Assembly: GCA_963777605.1 (NCBI GenBank)
Contig: CAVZRV010000029.1
Span: 352,001-416,000, forward strand
DNA length: 64,000 bases
Source of the DNA: an uncultured Acidobacteriota bacterium
GTDB taxonomy: Bacteria > Acidobacteriota > UBA6911 > RPQK01 > JAPXNP01
Direction of reading: 5' to 3'
Shown here: positions 37,650 to 47,670 of the stretch, in pieces
Layout: every line of letters begins with the position of its first letter
Position numbering within the stretch: the stretch's first letter is position 1
The notes under the pieces: generated by a model
The model's input: only the letters and a program-made list of their open reading frames with translations
What the model was told of the DNA's origin: nothing
The model's database searches: none
Program-made: the position numbers and the translations under genes

Positions 37650-38577
37650 TGGTCACTCCAGTCATCAGGCTCGAACTAACCAGCAGGACCGCGGTGATCC
37701 AGACTGTGTCGGCCACTGCCAGGTGGACGATTTGTAGCCAGACCGGGGCGAGCAGGGCCAGGTTCAAAAGGCCGATTCCCAGTTGTGTGAGGTAGGAAAC
37801 GATTAGGAGAATACCGAGCACGAACCGCGAGGAGCCGGTCGCACTGTCCATGAGACGAAACGCCCCGAAGATCACCAGGATTCCCACAACCAGGGCGAGG
37901 ACTGGATGGTAGACCCGCAACTGGATCAGAAGGTGGGAGTCGGGAGCGAAATCGCGGGCCAGGGCCTCTGAAACTGTTAGTGAAGGGAAGAGGGTGTCGC
38001 CGAGTGCAGCTACCGCTCCGCTCACGCCGATCAAGACCAGGCCGCCCAGCATGGCGAGCGGGAGTGCAAGGTTCTTTCGGGGGTTCGGCGAAGTGCAATC
38101 CTCTTGCGGGCGACTCCACGAGGCGGAGATCGCCAGGCACCCGAGGAGGAGAAACGTGTTGACGAGGTGAAATGCCATCACCCAGGCGCGGGCGAAGGAA
38201 TCGTCCTGGGCCACCAGACCGAAAAGCACCAGTCCTGCCCCCACCAGTGCCTCGGTGATCATGAAGATGAAAGCGGCGGCAGTTGCCCATCGCACAGGGT
38301 GGCGGCGCGGAAATATTCGAAACGCCCACACGGTGAGGACCAGTACCAGGAGAAAGGCGAAGCCGCTGGTGACCCGATGGGTAAACTCGATGATGGTCTC
38401 CATCGTTCCGGATCGCGGAATGACCTCTCCGTTGCAGAGCGGCCAATGGTTTCCGCAGCCCGCACCCGAGCCGGTTGCCCGGACATAGGCGCCCCAGAGA
38501 ACGACGGCTACCGTGAAGAGCAGCACTCCCCAGGCAAACTCGCCGAAACGATTTGAGCCATCAAATCTGCTCGCCAT
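37639..38577 (-). CDS. ctaA: Heme A synthase (COX15/CtaA)
   Basis: SGAGCGNHWPLCNG, EFTHR, conserved His in the TMs. Confidence 0.88.
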   Translation of the reverse strand: MASRFDGSNRFGEFAWGVLLFTVAVVLWGAYVRATGSGAGCGNHWPLCNGEVIPRSGTMETIIEFTHRVTSGFAFLLVLVLTVWAFRIFPRRHPVRWATAAAFIFMITEALVGAGLVLFGLVAQDDSFARAWVMAFHLVNTFLLLGCLAISASWSRPQEDCTSPNPRKNLALPLAMLGGLVLIGVSGAVAALGDTLFPSLTVSEALARDFAPDSHLLIQLRVYHPVLALVVGILVIFGAFRLMDSATGSSRFVLGILLIVSYLTQLGIGLLNLALLAPVWLQIVHLAVADTVWITAVLLVSSSLMTGVTSEK

Positions 38578-38598
38578 TCCTCCTCACTCTCGGCGGCT

Positions 38599-39402
38599 TC
38601 AGGCAGTCAGGACGGATGCGACGATCGAAAGGACGGTCAACGCCAGGCAAGCCAGGGCCGCAATCAATTCACTGAACGTCTCTCTCTTCAGAGGATTCAA
38701 AATCACCCCGGCCAGAAACCCACCGATGAAACCCCCGATGTGGGCAAAGTTGTCAACCCGCGGGAAGACCAGTCCAAAGGCCAGAATGATGACAGCGTAC
38801 ATGAGAGCCTGACGCCCGACTTCGGTCCGGCCGGTCTTGTGTCCGGCCCAGACAAGCGCTCCAAACAGGCCGAAAAGAGGTGCCGACGCCCCGAGAGTCA
38901 AGCTGGTCCCAAGAATGCTCGTGAGGAAGAAGCCGGTCACGGATGAGACCGTGTAGATGATAACCAGCCGGCTCGGTCCGTAGGCATCGGCTGTCACGGG
39001 GCTCAACTGGCGGACCCACATCATGTTGAACAGAATGTGAAGCGCGCCGGCATGAAGCCAGGCGGCGCTCAACAGTGTCCACCAGCGCCCGTGGGCAATG
39101 ACCGGGATTGCCCCCGAGGCTCCAAAGACGTAGAGACTCTGGACGCTTGGTCCGAGAAACGAAAAACCCGACATGGAAATGTTGGAAGGGTCGTAAATGA
39201 GTGTCAAAACGTAGATGGCCGCGCAGCCCCACGTCACGATGTGGACGAAGCCCAGGTCGTGGCCCAGGCGTTGAAACAGGGGTGCGTAACCCCAGAGTCC
39301 CGGATTCCAGGCTCCGCAGTTAAAACAACGCTCGTCGTTTACTCCAACCAATCGACCGCAAGAGCGGCAAACGACCGATCCAGTTCGCCTTCTTTCCAGC
39401 AT
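38599..39402 (-). CDS. Rhomboid protease with N-terminal zinc ribbon
   Basis: CRSC...CFNC, HILFNM, LGASA, AHIGG. Confidence 0.9.
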   Translation of the reverse strand: MLERRRTGSVVCRSCGRLVGVNDERCFNCGAWNPGLWGYAPLFQRLGHDLGFVHIVTWGCAAIYVLTLIYDPSNISMSGFSFLGPSVQSLYVFGASGAIPVIAHGRWWTLLSAAWLHAGALHILFNMMWVRQLSPVTADAYGPSRLVIIYTVSSVTGFFLTSILGTSLTLGASAPLFGLFGALVWAGHKTGRTEVGRQALMYAVIILAFGLVFPRVDNFAHIGGFIGGFLAGVILNPLKRETFSELIAALACLALTVLSIVASVLTA

Positions 39403-39454
39403 GTGATTTCCCGAACGATTATGGCACGTTGTCCTGCCAGGGTCTGCAGGTCAG

Positions 39455-40147
39455 TCAGGATTTCGTGATTGTCTGGACCTGATCGCCGTGTGCTAAGAGT
39501 GCGGTTTTTGCCAGCCCGATGAACAGACCGTGTTCAACCACTCCGGGAACGTGGTCCAGTTCGGTGGCCAAAGCAGAAGGATCCTCGATCGATTCAAAAC
39601 GACAGTCGAGGATGTAGTTGTTTTCCATCGTCAGGAAAGGCTCTCCTCCCGACTGGGTTCGCAGGCCAACCCGGCAGCCGAAGTTCTCCATCCGGCCGGC
39701 TGTCAACTGCCATCCGAACCGGACGACCTCTACGGGAAGCGGAAACGCGCCGAGGCGAGAAACCCGCTTTCGCGAATCGCCGATGATCACCAGGTGTTCC
39801 GTTGCGGATGCGACAATCTTCTCCCAAAGGAGAGCGCCGCCTCCGCCCTTTATCAGGTTGAGTTCGCCGTCGATTTCGTCGGCTCCGTCGATGGTTACGT
39901 CGAGACACCGGATCTCGGCGAAACTGGTCAGGGGGATCCCCGCTTTTCGGGCTTGTGACTGCGTTCGGAGGGAGGTCGGGATCGCCTGAATTCGAAGACC
40001 GTTGCGCACTCTCTCACCGAGGAGACCTACAAAGTAAGAGGCAGTCGAGCCGGAACCGAGGCCGACTCTCATCCCATCCTCAATGAATTCGACTCCTTTG
40101 GCTGCGGCGAGTCGTTTTTCCTGCTCGAGATCGGGCTGTGTCGCCAA
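39455..40147 (-). CDS. rpiA: Ribose-5-phosphate isomerase A
   Basis: GLGSGST, DGADE, IKGGGGA, GVVEHGLF. Confidence 0.97.
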   Translation of the reverse strand: MATQPDLEQEKRLAAAKGVEFIEDGMRVGLGSGSTASYFVGLLGERVRNGLRIQAIPTSLRTQSQARKAGIPLTSFAEIRCLDVTIDGADEIDGELNLIKGGGGALLWEKIVASATEHLVIIGDSRKRVSRLGAFPLPVEVVRFGWQLTAGRMENFGCRVGLRTQSGGEPFLTMENNYILDCRFESIEDPSALATELDHVPGVVEHGLFIGLAKTALLAHGDQVQTITKS

Positions 40148-40366
40148 CTGGTACGTTCCTCCGTCAATCCTTCCGTCTCTTTAGCGACTTCTCGGTCGTG
40201 CGTCTTTCCGAGAGTCATTCCGAGTGAAGCCCCGGATTGTAACCCAACTACTCTGTTACTTAAAGGCGGGCCGAAAACAGTATACTGTTGGTGTTTGCCG
40301 GCCCCGGGTTTGTGCAGGGTGCTGGAAGCTTTGATTTGAGTTGTTACGGACCGTTCGGAGTGTCTG

Positions 40367-41371
40367 ATGAGCCTTCCCTACGATGCCCTGCTGATTCTCT
40401 CTTTTGGTGGCCCGGAGGGGCGCGATGAGGTGATGCCGTTCCTGGAAAATGTGCTTCGCGGAAAGCGGGTGCCCCGAGAACGCATGATGGAGGTTGCTGA
40501 GCATTACCTTCACTTCGACGGAGTGAGCCCTATCAATCAACAGAACCGCGAGTTGATTGCCGCCCTCGAAAAGGAACTGGCTGCGCGGGGACCGCGCATT
40601 CCGATCTACTGGGGCAATCGCAACTGGCATCCCTACCTGAACGAGACCGTACGAAGAATGGCTGAGGACGGCGTTCGCAGGGCGCTTGCCTTCGTTACTT
40701 CGGCCTTCAGCAGCTATTCCGGGTGTCGTCAGTACCGTGAAGACATCGTCCGTGCGCGATCGGTCATCGGAATGAGGTCACCCCGGATCGACAAGATCCG
40801 TGTCTTCTTTAATCACCCGGGATTTATCGAGGCGAACGCCGACCGGGTCCGGGACGCCTACGCGCAGTTGCCCGAGGTGGAACGGGAAACGGCCCCGCTC
40901 GTCTTCTCTGCCCACAGTGTCCCCGTTCCGATGGCGGAGAGCAGTGCCTACGTCTCCCAGTTGCGCGACGCATCCCGGCTGGTGGCCCATGCAGCCGGGC
41001 ACTCGAAATGGCGGCTGGCGTATCAGAGCCGGAGTGGCCCTCCCCACCAGCCCTGGTTGGAGCCCGACGTCAGGGAGTTGGCCAAGGAGTTTGCCGGTGC
41101 CGGGCATGCCAGCATGGTGGTGTGCCCGATCGGGTTCATATCGGACCACATGGAAGTCCTCTACGATCTCGACACCGAACTGGCGCAGAACTGCTCCGAG
41201 GTCGGAATCCGCCTGGTTCGGGCGGCGACGGTGGGAATCCACCCTGAATTCATCAGCATGATCCGGGAGTTGATTCTCGAGCGGATGAACCAAAGTCCTA
41301 TTCGACGCTACATCGGAGAACTGGGTCCTGCCCCGGATTTCTGTCCTGTCGACTGTTGTCCTCCGAGTTAG
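40367..41371 (+). CDS. hemH: Ferrochelatase
   Basis: SFGGPEG, FSAHS, YQSRSG, WLEP, GFISDHMEVLYDLD. Confidence 0.95.
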   Translation: MSLPYDALLILSFGGPEGRDEVMPFLENVLRGKRVPRERMMEVAEHYLHFDGVSPINQQNRELIAALEKELAARGPRIPIYWGNRNWHPYLNETVRRMAEDGVRRALAFVTSAFSSYSGCRQYREDIVRARSVIGMRSPRIDKIRVFFNHPGFIEANADRVRDAYAQLPEVERETAPLVFSAHSVPVPMAESSAYVSQLRDASRLVAHAAGHSKWRLAYQSRSGPPHQPWLEPDVRELAKEFAGAGHASMVVCPIGFISDHMEVLYDLDTELAQNCSEVGIRLVRAATVGIHPEFISMIRELILERMNQSPIRRYIGELGPAPDFCPVDCCPPS

Positions 41372-41399
41372 AGAAGCTTGCCGCCGTTGGAGGACTAAC

Positions 41400-41846
41400 T
41401 TGGACCTGGAAATCGAACTTGCCCCGATGGCGGCCCCAGAGATTGACGAGATTGAGGCGATTGAATCGGAGTGCTTCACTTCTCCTTGGAGTCGCGACTG
41501 TTTCTCATCGGTGCTCCGGCGAGACGGTTCACTCAGCCTGGTTGCCCGCCATGACGGGACCGTAATTGGTTACGTGATCTCCTTCTGGGCGGACGACGGC
41601 TTCGTGATAGCCAACCTGGCGGTGAGCAGCACCTTCAGGGGCCGGGGGGTCGGGCAACGATTACTCGAGGCCGCCCTCCATGCGGGTCGTGAATCGGGGA
41701 CACGCTGGGCCTTTCTCGATGTCAGAGAAAGCAACCAGACCGCCATCCACCTCTACGCGAGAATGGGGTTCCGCACCGTCGGAAAGCGTCCCGAGTACTA
41801 TGACCATCCCCGGGAAGACTCGCTGGTCATGGCCTTCAGGCTGTGA
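41400..41846 (+). CDS. rimI: Ribosomal protein alanine N-acetyltransferase (GNAT)
   Basis: NLAV...RGRGVG, LDVRESN..AIHLY..MGF, YY..PRED. Confidence 0.85.
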   Translation: MDLEIELAPMAAPEIDEIEAIESECFTSPWSRDCFSSVLRRDGSLSLVARHDGTVIGYVISFWADDGFVIANLAVSSTFRGRGVGQRLLEAALHAGRESGTRWAFLDVRESNQTAIHLYARMGFRTVGKRPEYYDHPREDSLVMAFRL

Positions 41847-41989
41847 TCCGGGTTCCGGGGTGCGAAGTTCTGCCTCCCATCACGCTCGCTCAATCACAGA
41901 TCACAAAACGCAGGGCTTGTCGCCCAAGCTCGGATGGAGAACCGTCTCTGCCAGGCTCGTCTCCGCATCCTTTCTCCCGTACGGTCGTT

Positions 41990-42077
41990 TCGCATCCTCT
42001 CCCTTCAAGAGGGACCCTCTTCACTTTTTCCGCTCGCATCCGCTCACTGTAAGAGGGGCCTTATTCACTTTTCCCGC
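41990..42077. repeat. Imperfect 44-bp tandem duplication
   Basis: TCGCATCCTCTCCCTTCAAGAGGGACCCTCTTCACTTTTTCCGC / TCGCATCCGCTCACTGTAAGAGGGGCCTTATTCACTTTTCCCGC, 36 of 44 identical; partial third copy CACTTTTTCCCGC at 42087-42099. Confidence 0.8.
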
Positions 42078-42252
42078 CGTTTTTCGCACTTTTTCCCGCA
42101 CGTTCGTAATTAGTAGATGGGGTTAGGGGTTTGGCCCCCGCCGGAGGCTTTGCCCGGGGGCTTCGTGCGCCCGCTGGCGGACTGGGCACGGAGAGAGGGG
42201 TCAGATTTGGCTCCGAGGGCGATTTCGGCAACACACCCCAAGATCACAAATG

Positions 42253-42783
42253 TCAGTTGTCTTTCTCGTCTTTGAGCACGTTGAGGAAGTCACGGTAGTG
42301 CAGCCGGATGTCGATGAAATCCCGGTGCTCGAGGAGGAGTTCACTGGCAATCTGGCGGATCTCCTGGTCTTCCGCGTTCGAGATGCCTTCGTCCGCCGCG
42401 GAAACCGAGAACAAGCAGTCCAACAGTTCCAGCTTCTGGTCCCGGTTCGCGATTTCGTTGAATTCTCTGGATACGAGGAAATCCTCGACGTGGCCGAAGA
42501 GGCGATTCTGCCGTTTGGCGAGTTCCACCACCAGGACGGCCTGCTCGGTGGGCAATCGGCCCTTTTCGGAGACGATCTTTTCCATGGTGGCGGATTCCCG
42601 CTCTGAGATCACGCGGTCGGCGTTTGCCACTCGTCCCAGCATGTAGGCAAATGCCGCCAGGTAGCGGGCCTGGTCCGGAGGCATCCGGTTCAGCTGATCA
42701 GAAATCCTGCGGATGCTTTCAACGTCGCTGTAACCCTGTTCCTCGGCATCATGCTTGAATCCCAGGAAATCGAGAATTCCCAT
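42253..42783 (-). CDS. TerB family protein
   Basis: VANADRVISERE and VSAADEGISNAEDQEIRQIA; GAGGAGG RBS. Confidence 0.85.
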   Translation of the reverse strand: MGILDFLGFKHDAEEQGYSDVESIRRISDQLNRMPPDQARYLAAFAYMLGRVANADRVISERESATMEKIVSEKGRLPTEQAVLVVELAKRQNRLFGHVEDFLVSREFNEIANRDQKLELLDCLFSVSAADEGISNAEDQEIRQIASELLLEHRDFIDIRLHYRDFLNVLKDEKDN

Positions 42784-43255
42784 TGCGCATGCCTCCTCGG
42801 TTCGGCCTGGGAAGGACTGCCCCAATCCACCCGTTCAGACTCGACCGGTCAGTTTTCGTAACCCGTCGCCAGTAACTGGCGGCAAGCGTTCCCTTTGATA
42901 GTAGCACTTGAAGGAGGCGGAACTGTGGAACGGCCGCGAGGACCAGGATCGATATCAATCGGGCAAAGGTGAGATCGTCCCAATAAGTGCGGAGGCATTT
43001 CTGAGCGCGCAGCGAGCGCCACTCCAGACGTCCAGTAACCACCCTGGGTACCGCCCGTCTTGTATGCAAGACCATCGTCTGTGCGGCTCGGAGCGATCAA
43101 CTTGGATCGGCCGTTGTTCGGGGTCGGTGAGGTTTGATCGAACTGGTGACGGGGGCAGCGTGGACTTGGGTGGGAGGGGAATATACCATCATCTCGAACC
43201 GAATAGGCCCACAGGGGGTGGGTCCGCAGACACCGGAACAGGACAGGCTGGAAAA

Positions 43256-44812
43256 ATGAAACGACTAACTCTTGGAACTCTGGCCGCCTTCGTTCTCATC
43301 GCCGTCCCTTTGGGACAGGCCACAGAACCGAAACACCCAAACATCATTCTGATCATGGCCGACCAGTTTCGTGGAGACGCTCTTGGGAGCATGGGGAACC
43401 CGGTCGCCGTCACGCCCAACCTGGACCGGCTAGCCTCGGACGGAGTCAGGTTCGTGCACGGCTATACCTCGGTGCCCAGTTGTACCCCCGCGCGAGCAGG
43501 ACTGCTTACGGGGTTGGCCCCGTGGCATCATGGAATGCTGGGCTATGGGCGGGTGGCGAGGCGATATCGCTACGAGATGCCGCGAATGTTGAGGGAGGCC
43601 GGCTACTACACCTTCGGAATCGGGAAGATGCACTGGTTTCCGCAGAAGTCGCTCCACGGCTTCAACGGGACGCTGGTGGACGAAAGCGGCCGGGTAGAGC
43701 AGGACGGATTCGTCAGCGACTACCGCGACTGGTTCAAGCTTCAGGCCCCGGACCAGGACCCCGACGCCACCGGAATTGGCTGGAACGAGCACCGTGCCGG
43801 CGTGTACCAGTTGGATGAGAAGCTCCACCCCACCTACTGGACCGGCATGACCGCCGTCGAGCTGATTCGCCACTATGACCGCGAAGAACCGCTGTTTCTC
43901 AAGGTCTCGTTTGCACGGCCACACAGTCCGTACGACCCACCGAGGCGATACCTCGACCTCTACGCCGATGCGACGATCCCAGGACCATTTATTGGAGACT
44001 GGTGCCACGATCTCGACAAGGTCCAGGGCGGTCCCGACGCGGCTTTCGCAGATTTTGGTTCCGACTATGCCGTGAACAGTCGGAGACACTACTACGCGAA
44101 CATCACCTTCATCGACGACATGATTGGCGAAATCGTGCAGGCGCTGAAGGAAAAAGGGATGTACGAGAACTCGATTATCTGTTTCACCGCCGACCACGGC
44201 GACATGCTGGGGGACCACCACCACTGGCGGAAGACGTACGCCTACGAAGGATCGGCACACATTCCGTTCCTGCTGAAATGGCCGTCTGCGATGGAGACCG
44301 GGATCCTGCGCGGTTCCCGGCTTGAAAACCCGGTCGAACTGAGAGATTTCCTGCCTACCTTCCTGGATGTGGCAGGTGTCTCGATCCCTCCGGATATGGA
44401 CGGGCGCTCCCTGCTCTCCCTGGTGCGAAACCCAGCGGCGGACTGGCGGGAATACATCGACCTGGAGCACTCGACGACTTACTCCGAGGAGAACTACTGG
44501 GCGGCACTTACGGACGGGCGCTGGAAGTACATCTGGTTTTTCAGAACCGGCAGGGAACAGTTTTTTGACCTCGAGCGCGACCCCGGCGAGTTGACCGACC
44601 TTGCCGGTAACCGGGACTATCAGTCCGAGCTTGCCCGATGGCGTGCGGCACTGGTGGATCACCTGTCGGAGAGGGGAAGAGGCTTCGTTCGAGACGGGGC
44701 CCTGGTAGTGCGAACCGAAAACCTGCTTTACAGTCCCAATTACCCGAAGGACGACCGCTCCGACCGGGAAAGGCTCCAGGACTGGCTCTATTCCTACAAG
44801 GGAGTCGATTAG
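43256..44812 (+). CDS. Exported Cys-type (aryl)sulfatase
   Basis: Signal peptide, [31 protein letters not shown]. Confidence 0.93.
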   Translation: MKRLTLGTLAAFVLIAVPLGQATEPKHPNIILIMADQFRGDALGSMGNPVAVTPNLDRLASDGVRFVHGYTSVPSCTPARAGLLTGLAPWHHGMLGYGRVARRYRYEMPRMLREAGYYTFGIGKMHWFPQKSLHGFNGTLVDESGRVEQDGFVSDYRDWFKLQAPDQDPDATGIGWNEHRAGVYQLDEKLHPTYWTGMTAVELIRHYDREEPLFLKVSFARPHSPYDPPRRYLDLYADATIPGPFIGDWCHDLDKVQGGPDAAFADFGSDYAVNSRRHYYANITFIDDMIGEIVQALKEKGMYENSIICFTADHGDMLGDHHHWRKTYAYEGSAHIPFLLKWPSAMETGILRGSRLENPVELRDFLPTFLDVAGVSIPPDMDGRSLLSLVRNPAADWREYIDLEHSTTYSEENYWAALTDGRWKYIWFFRTGREQFFDLERDPGELTDLAGNRDYQSELARWRAALVDHLSERGRGFVRDGALVVRTENLLYSPNYPKDDRSDRERLQDWLYSYKGVD

Positions 44813-45177
44813 ACCCGGAGGTTTCCCGGGGCGGTCAGTTCACCCCCGGCGTCGCCGGTATTGACGACTCCCCGGGGTTCAACGATCAGCGCCTTGCAGA
44901 GTCCCTTGGCCCGTGGGCGATGTTCCACTCCTCGGGGGACTACGAACATTTCGCCTTCACCGAGGTGGACTGCCCCGTCCCGGAATTCAATCGTCATAGA
45001 ACCCTCGAGGATGATGAAGGCTTCATCGGTGGCTTTGTGGTCGTGCCAGGTGAACGTCCCCTCGAGCCGCACCAGCTTGAACTGGTAGTCATTCAGTTCG
45101 GCCACCACCCGGGGGGACCAGGGATCAGCGAAGCGCGTGAATTTGTCTTTAAAGTTTACCGCTTTGTAAGTTCTCAA
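44809..45177 (-). CDS. Cupin domain protein
   Basis: [21 protein letters not shown]. Confidence 0.88.
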   Translation of the reverse strand: MRTYKAVNFKDKFTRFADPWSPRVVAELNDYQFKLVRLEGTFTWHDHKATDEAFIILEGSMTIEFRDGAVHLGEGEMFVVPRGVEHRPRAKGLCKALIVEPRGVVNTGDAGGELTAPGNLRV

Positions 45178-45419
45178 TCATTGCTCCAATTACCTCTGCA
45201 GTTATCTCACACGTGAAGTATCAGGTTACCCTCAAGAAGCCGACGAAGGAACGTTGTATGGTGAAAAGAGCAGCGGCTGAAATCCCGAGCCGGAGTTACT
45301 TGCCCATCTGAGGAGAGGGGGAGTTCACGTCGCGACGGGAGGATGTGTCTACGCCTTCGGATCGGCGGCGACGATCGACAGACACCGGACAACCTTTGAC
45401 CAGGAGCTTTTAAATCAAA

Positions 45420-46338
45420 ATGAATTCAGGACACAGTCACTCTCATTCGGCTCTCCCGGGAGGCGGAGACGAACGTTCCGGGAATCGACGACGACTGGCG
45501 ATCACACTGGTCCTGGTGCTCGCCTACATGATCGCCGAGGTCGTTGGCGGCTTGATGTCCGGTTCTCTTGCCCTGCTGGCCGATGCCGGGCACATGCTGT
45601 CTGATGCCGGTTCTCTCGGTCTTGCCCTTTTTGCACTGTGGATTGCGTCCCGGCCTCGAGATTCGACCCACACCTACGGTTATTTCCGAACTGAGATTTT
45701 GGCTGCACTGGCCAACGGCGCGACGCTGGTGGCCGTGTCGGTCTACATCTTCTTCGAGGCATATCAGCGCTGGCTGAACCCTCCCCCGGTACGGGGAGGC
45801 CTGATGGTGGCGATTGCGGTCGGGGGGTTGGCGGTCAACGTGGCCGGATTGATGATCCTGCGGGGCGGCCGAAACGAGAGCCTGAACATTCAGGGGGCCT
45901 GGTTGCACGTTTTGGCCGACACGCTGGGGAGTGTCCAGGCGATCATTGCCGGGGCGTTGATCTGGCTGCTGGGCTGGAACTGGGCCGACCCGCTGGCGTC
46001 CTTTCTGATCGGTGGACTGGTGATCTTTTCGTCCTGGCAGTTGCTCAAGGAATCGGTGATGGTCCTGATGGAGAGTTCCCCTGGACATATCGACGTGGAC
46101 GGGGTGAACCAGGCCATGCTCGAGGTCGCGGGAGTCCTCGATGTGCACGACCTGCATGTCTGGACCATTACCAGCGGTATGGTCGCCCTTTCCGCCCACG
46201 TCACCTGCAGTCCAGGCTGTGACCGTGATCGCTGCTTCTGGTAGAACTGCGCCGCATGCTCGAATCCGTTTTGAGATCACACACACGACCGTACAGATCG
46301 AAGGCGACGAGTTCGAGCAGTGCAAACCCCAGTTCTGA
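45420..46338 (+). CDS. Cation diffusion facilitator (CzcD/ZitB-like), frameshifted at about 46230-46270
   Basis: His-rich N-terminus, SLALLADAGHMLSD, HVLAD, VHDLHVW; terminal HTTVQIE lies in another frame. Confidence 0.88.
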
Positions 46339-46683
46339 TGGACGCCTCTCACTCAATCGGAGTGAACAGGGTTGGCGGAGTTCTCGTCGAAGGAATCGCC
46401 TTTTCTCTCTGCACAGTTACTTCGGTCTTGGACCTGTCGGGTTGATTTGACTGGTGGCGTCTCTGTCTGTGTGGCCTGGGCTCGAGCACCCCTCAAGATC
46501 GCGCGGACCCATCCGATGCCGCTCCGCCTTTGGAGATGCCTGACTTCGGGCCGAAGCGTCCCAGTTCGAACCTTCTCAGCTTGGACAGAACGGTCCGGGC
46601 TGGTAATCTGATGGGAGAACCGGCGCCAAAAAAAGCGATCACTTTCACCGATCGTGCGGCGCCACGGAAAGGCAAGAGACACG

Positions 46684-47313
46684 GTGATATCCGCATTGGA
46701 AGCGCTCGAGCGCTTGAGAGAAGGAAACCAGCGGTTTGCTTCGGGCCTCCGCAGCGTTGAGTCGTTCATGAGCCAGACCCGCAGGGGTGACCTGCTGGAC
46801 AGCCAGGAACCCTTCGCGGTTATTCTGGGATGCTCCGACTCCCGGGTCCCGGTAGAGATGGTATTCGACCAGGGCCTCGGCGACTTGTTCGTCATCCGCG
46901 TGGCCGGCAACATCGCGGCCTCGTCACAGATTGGGAGCATTGAGTTCGCCGCGGCCCGGTTCGGGACCCGGCTCGTGGTCGTATTGGGGCACAGTCGATG
47001 TGGGGCGATTCGGGCAACACTCGAAGAACTGCAGCGCCCTGCTGAAAACCAGTCCCGAAATCTTCGTTCAATCGTGGACCGCGTGCGGCCGCCGATCGAG
47101 AGTCTTTTGGCGACCGAACTTCGCCACGACTCCGACGCCCTGATGAAGCAGGCAGTCCGGGCAAACATCCGGGTCACTGTCGGGCACTTGCGCAATGGCT
47201 CAGATGTACTGGAGCACCTGATTGAGAACGACGGGTTGCTGGTGGTTGGAGCCGAATACTCCCTGGAGACCGGAGTGGTGGATTTCTTCGAAGGCGTACC
47301 CAACACCCGGTAG
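46684..47313 (+). CDS. Beta-class carbonic anhydrase
   Basis: GCSDSRVP, GDLFVIRVAGN, GHSRCGA. Confidence 0.95.
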   Translation: MISALEALERLREGNQRFASGLRSVESFMSQTRRGDLLDSQEPFAVILGCSDSRVPVEMVFDQGLGDLFVIRVAGNIAASSQIGSIEFAAARFGTRLVVVLGHSRCGAIRATLEELQRPAENQSRNLRSIVDRVRPPIESLLATELRHDSDALMKQAVRANIRVTVGHLRNGSDVLEHLIENDGLLVVGAEYSLETGVVDFFEGVPNTR

Positions 47314-47364
47314 CCGGTCCCTGGTTTCTGGCGGGGAGTAATCCGGGCAGCCCTGCCTGGTATG

Positions 47365-47387
47365 TCGCCGGGCAGCTTGCCCGGCGA
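47365..47387. terminator. GC-rich hairpin after the carbonic anhydrase gene
   Basis: TCGCCGGGCA-GCT-TGCCCGGCGA; a degenerate copy lies at about 47343-47360. Confidence 0.4.
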
Positions 47388-47670
47388 TTCCCGTTCTGAA
47401 ACTGAAACTTCGATATGAGAGACGTTTCATTGAACCGCGAAGACGCTAACCCGAATTTTTCCCCAGAGGGGTAGAAAAGGGCTGTCATCTCACGAACGTC
47501 CGGGGCCTGCATCTCGGGTGTGTCGGGAGGCAGGAGGCACTTCTAAACTTTGGTTCGAGTCGGTTCTTCGCGACACCGTCCATTCCTGTTCGAACGCGTT
47601 CAAGGTTGGAACCGGCGGTGCTTTACCCGGCTGCAGGGCACGGATAGACTGGATTTCTGGCAGGTGAAGA

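Noticed and set aside
41990-42099. CRISPR array
   Set aside because: Only two degenerate adjacent units, no spacers and no cas genes
47530-47570. tRNA T-loop-like GGTTCGAGTC
   Set aside because: No T-stem pairing and no cloverleaf
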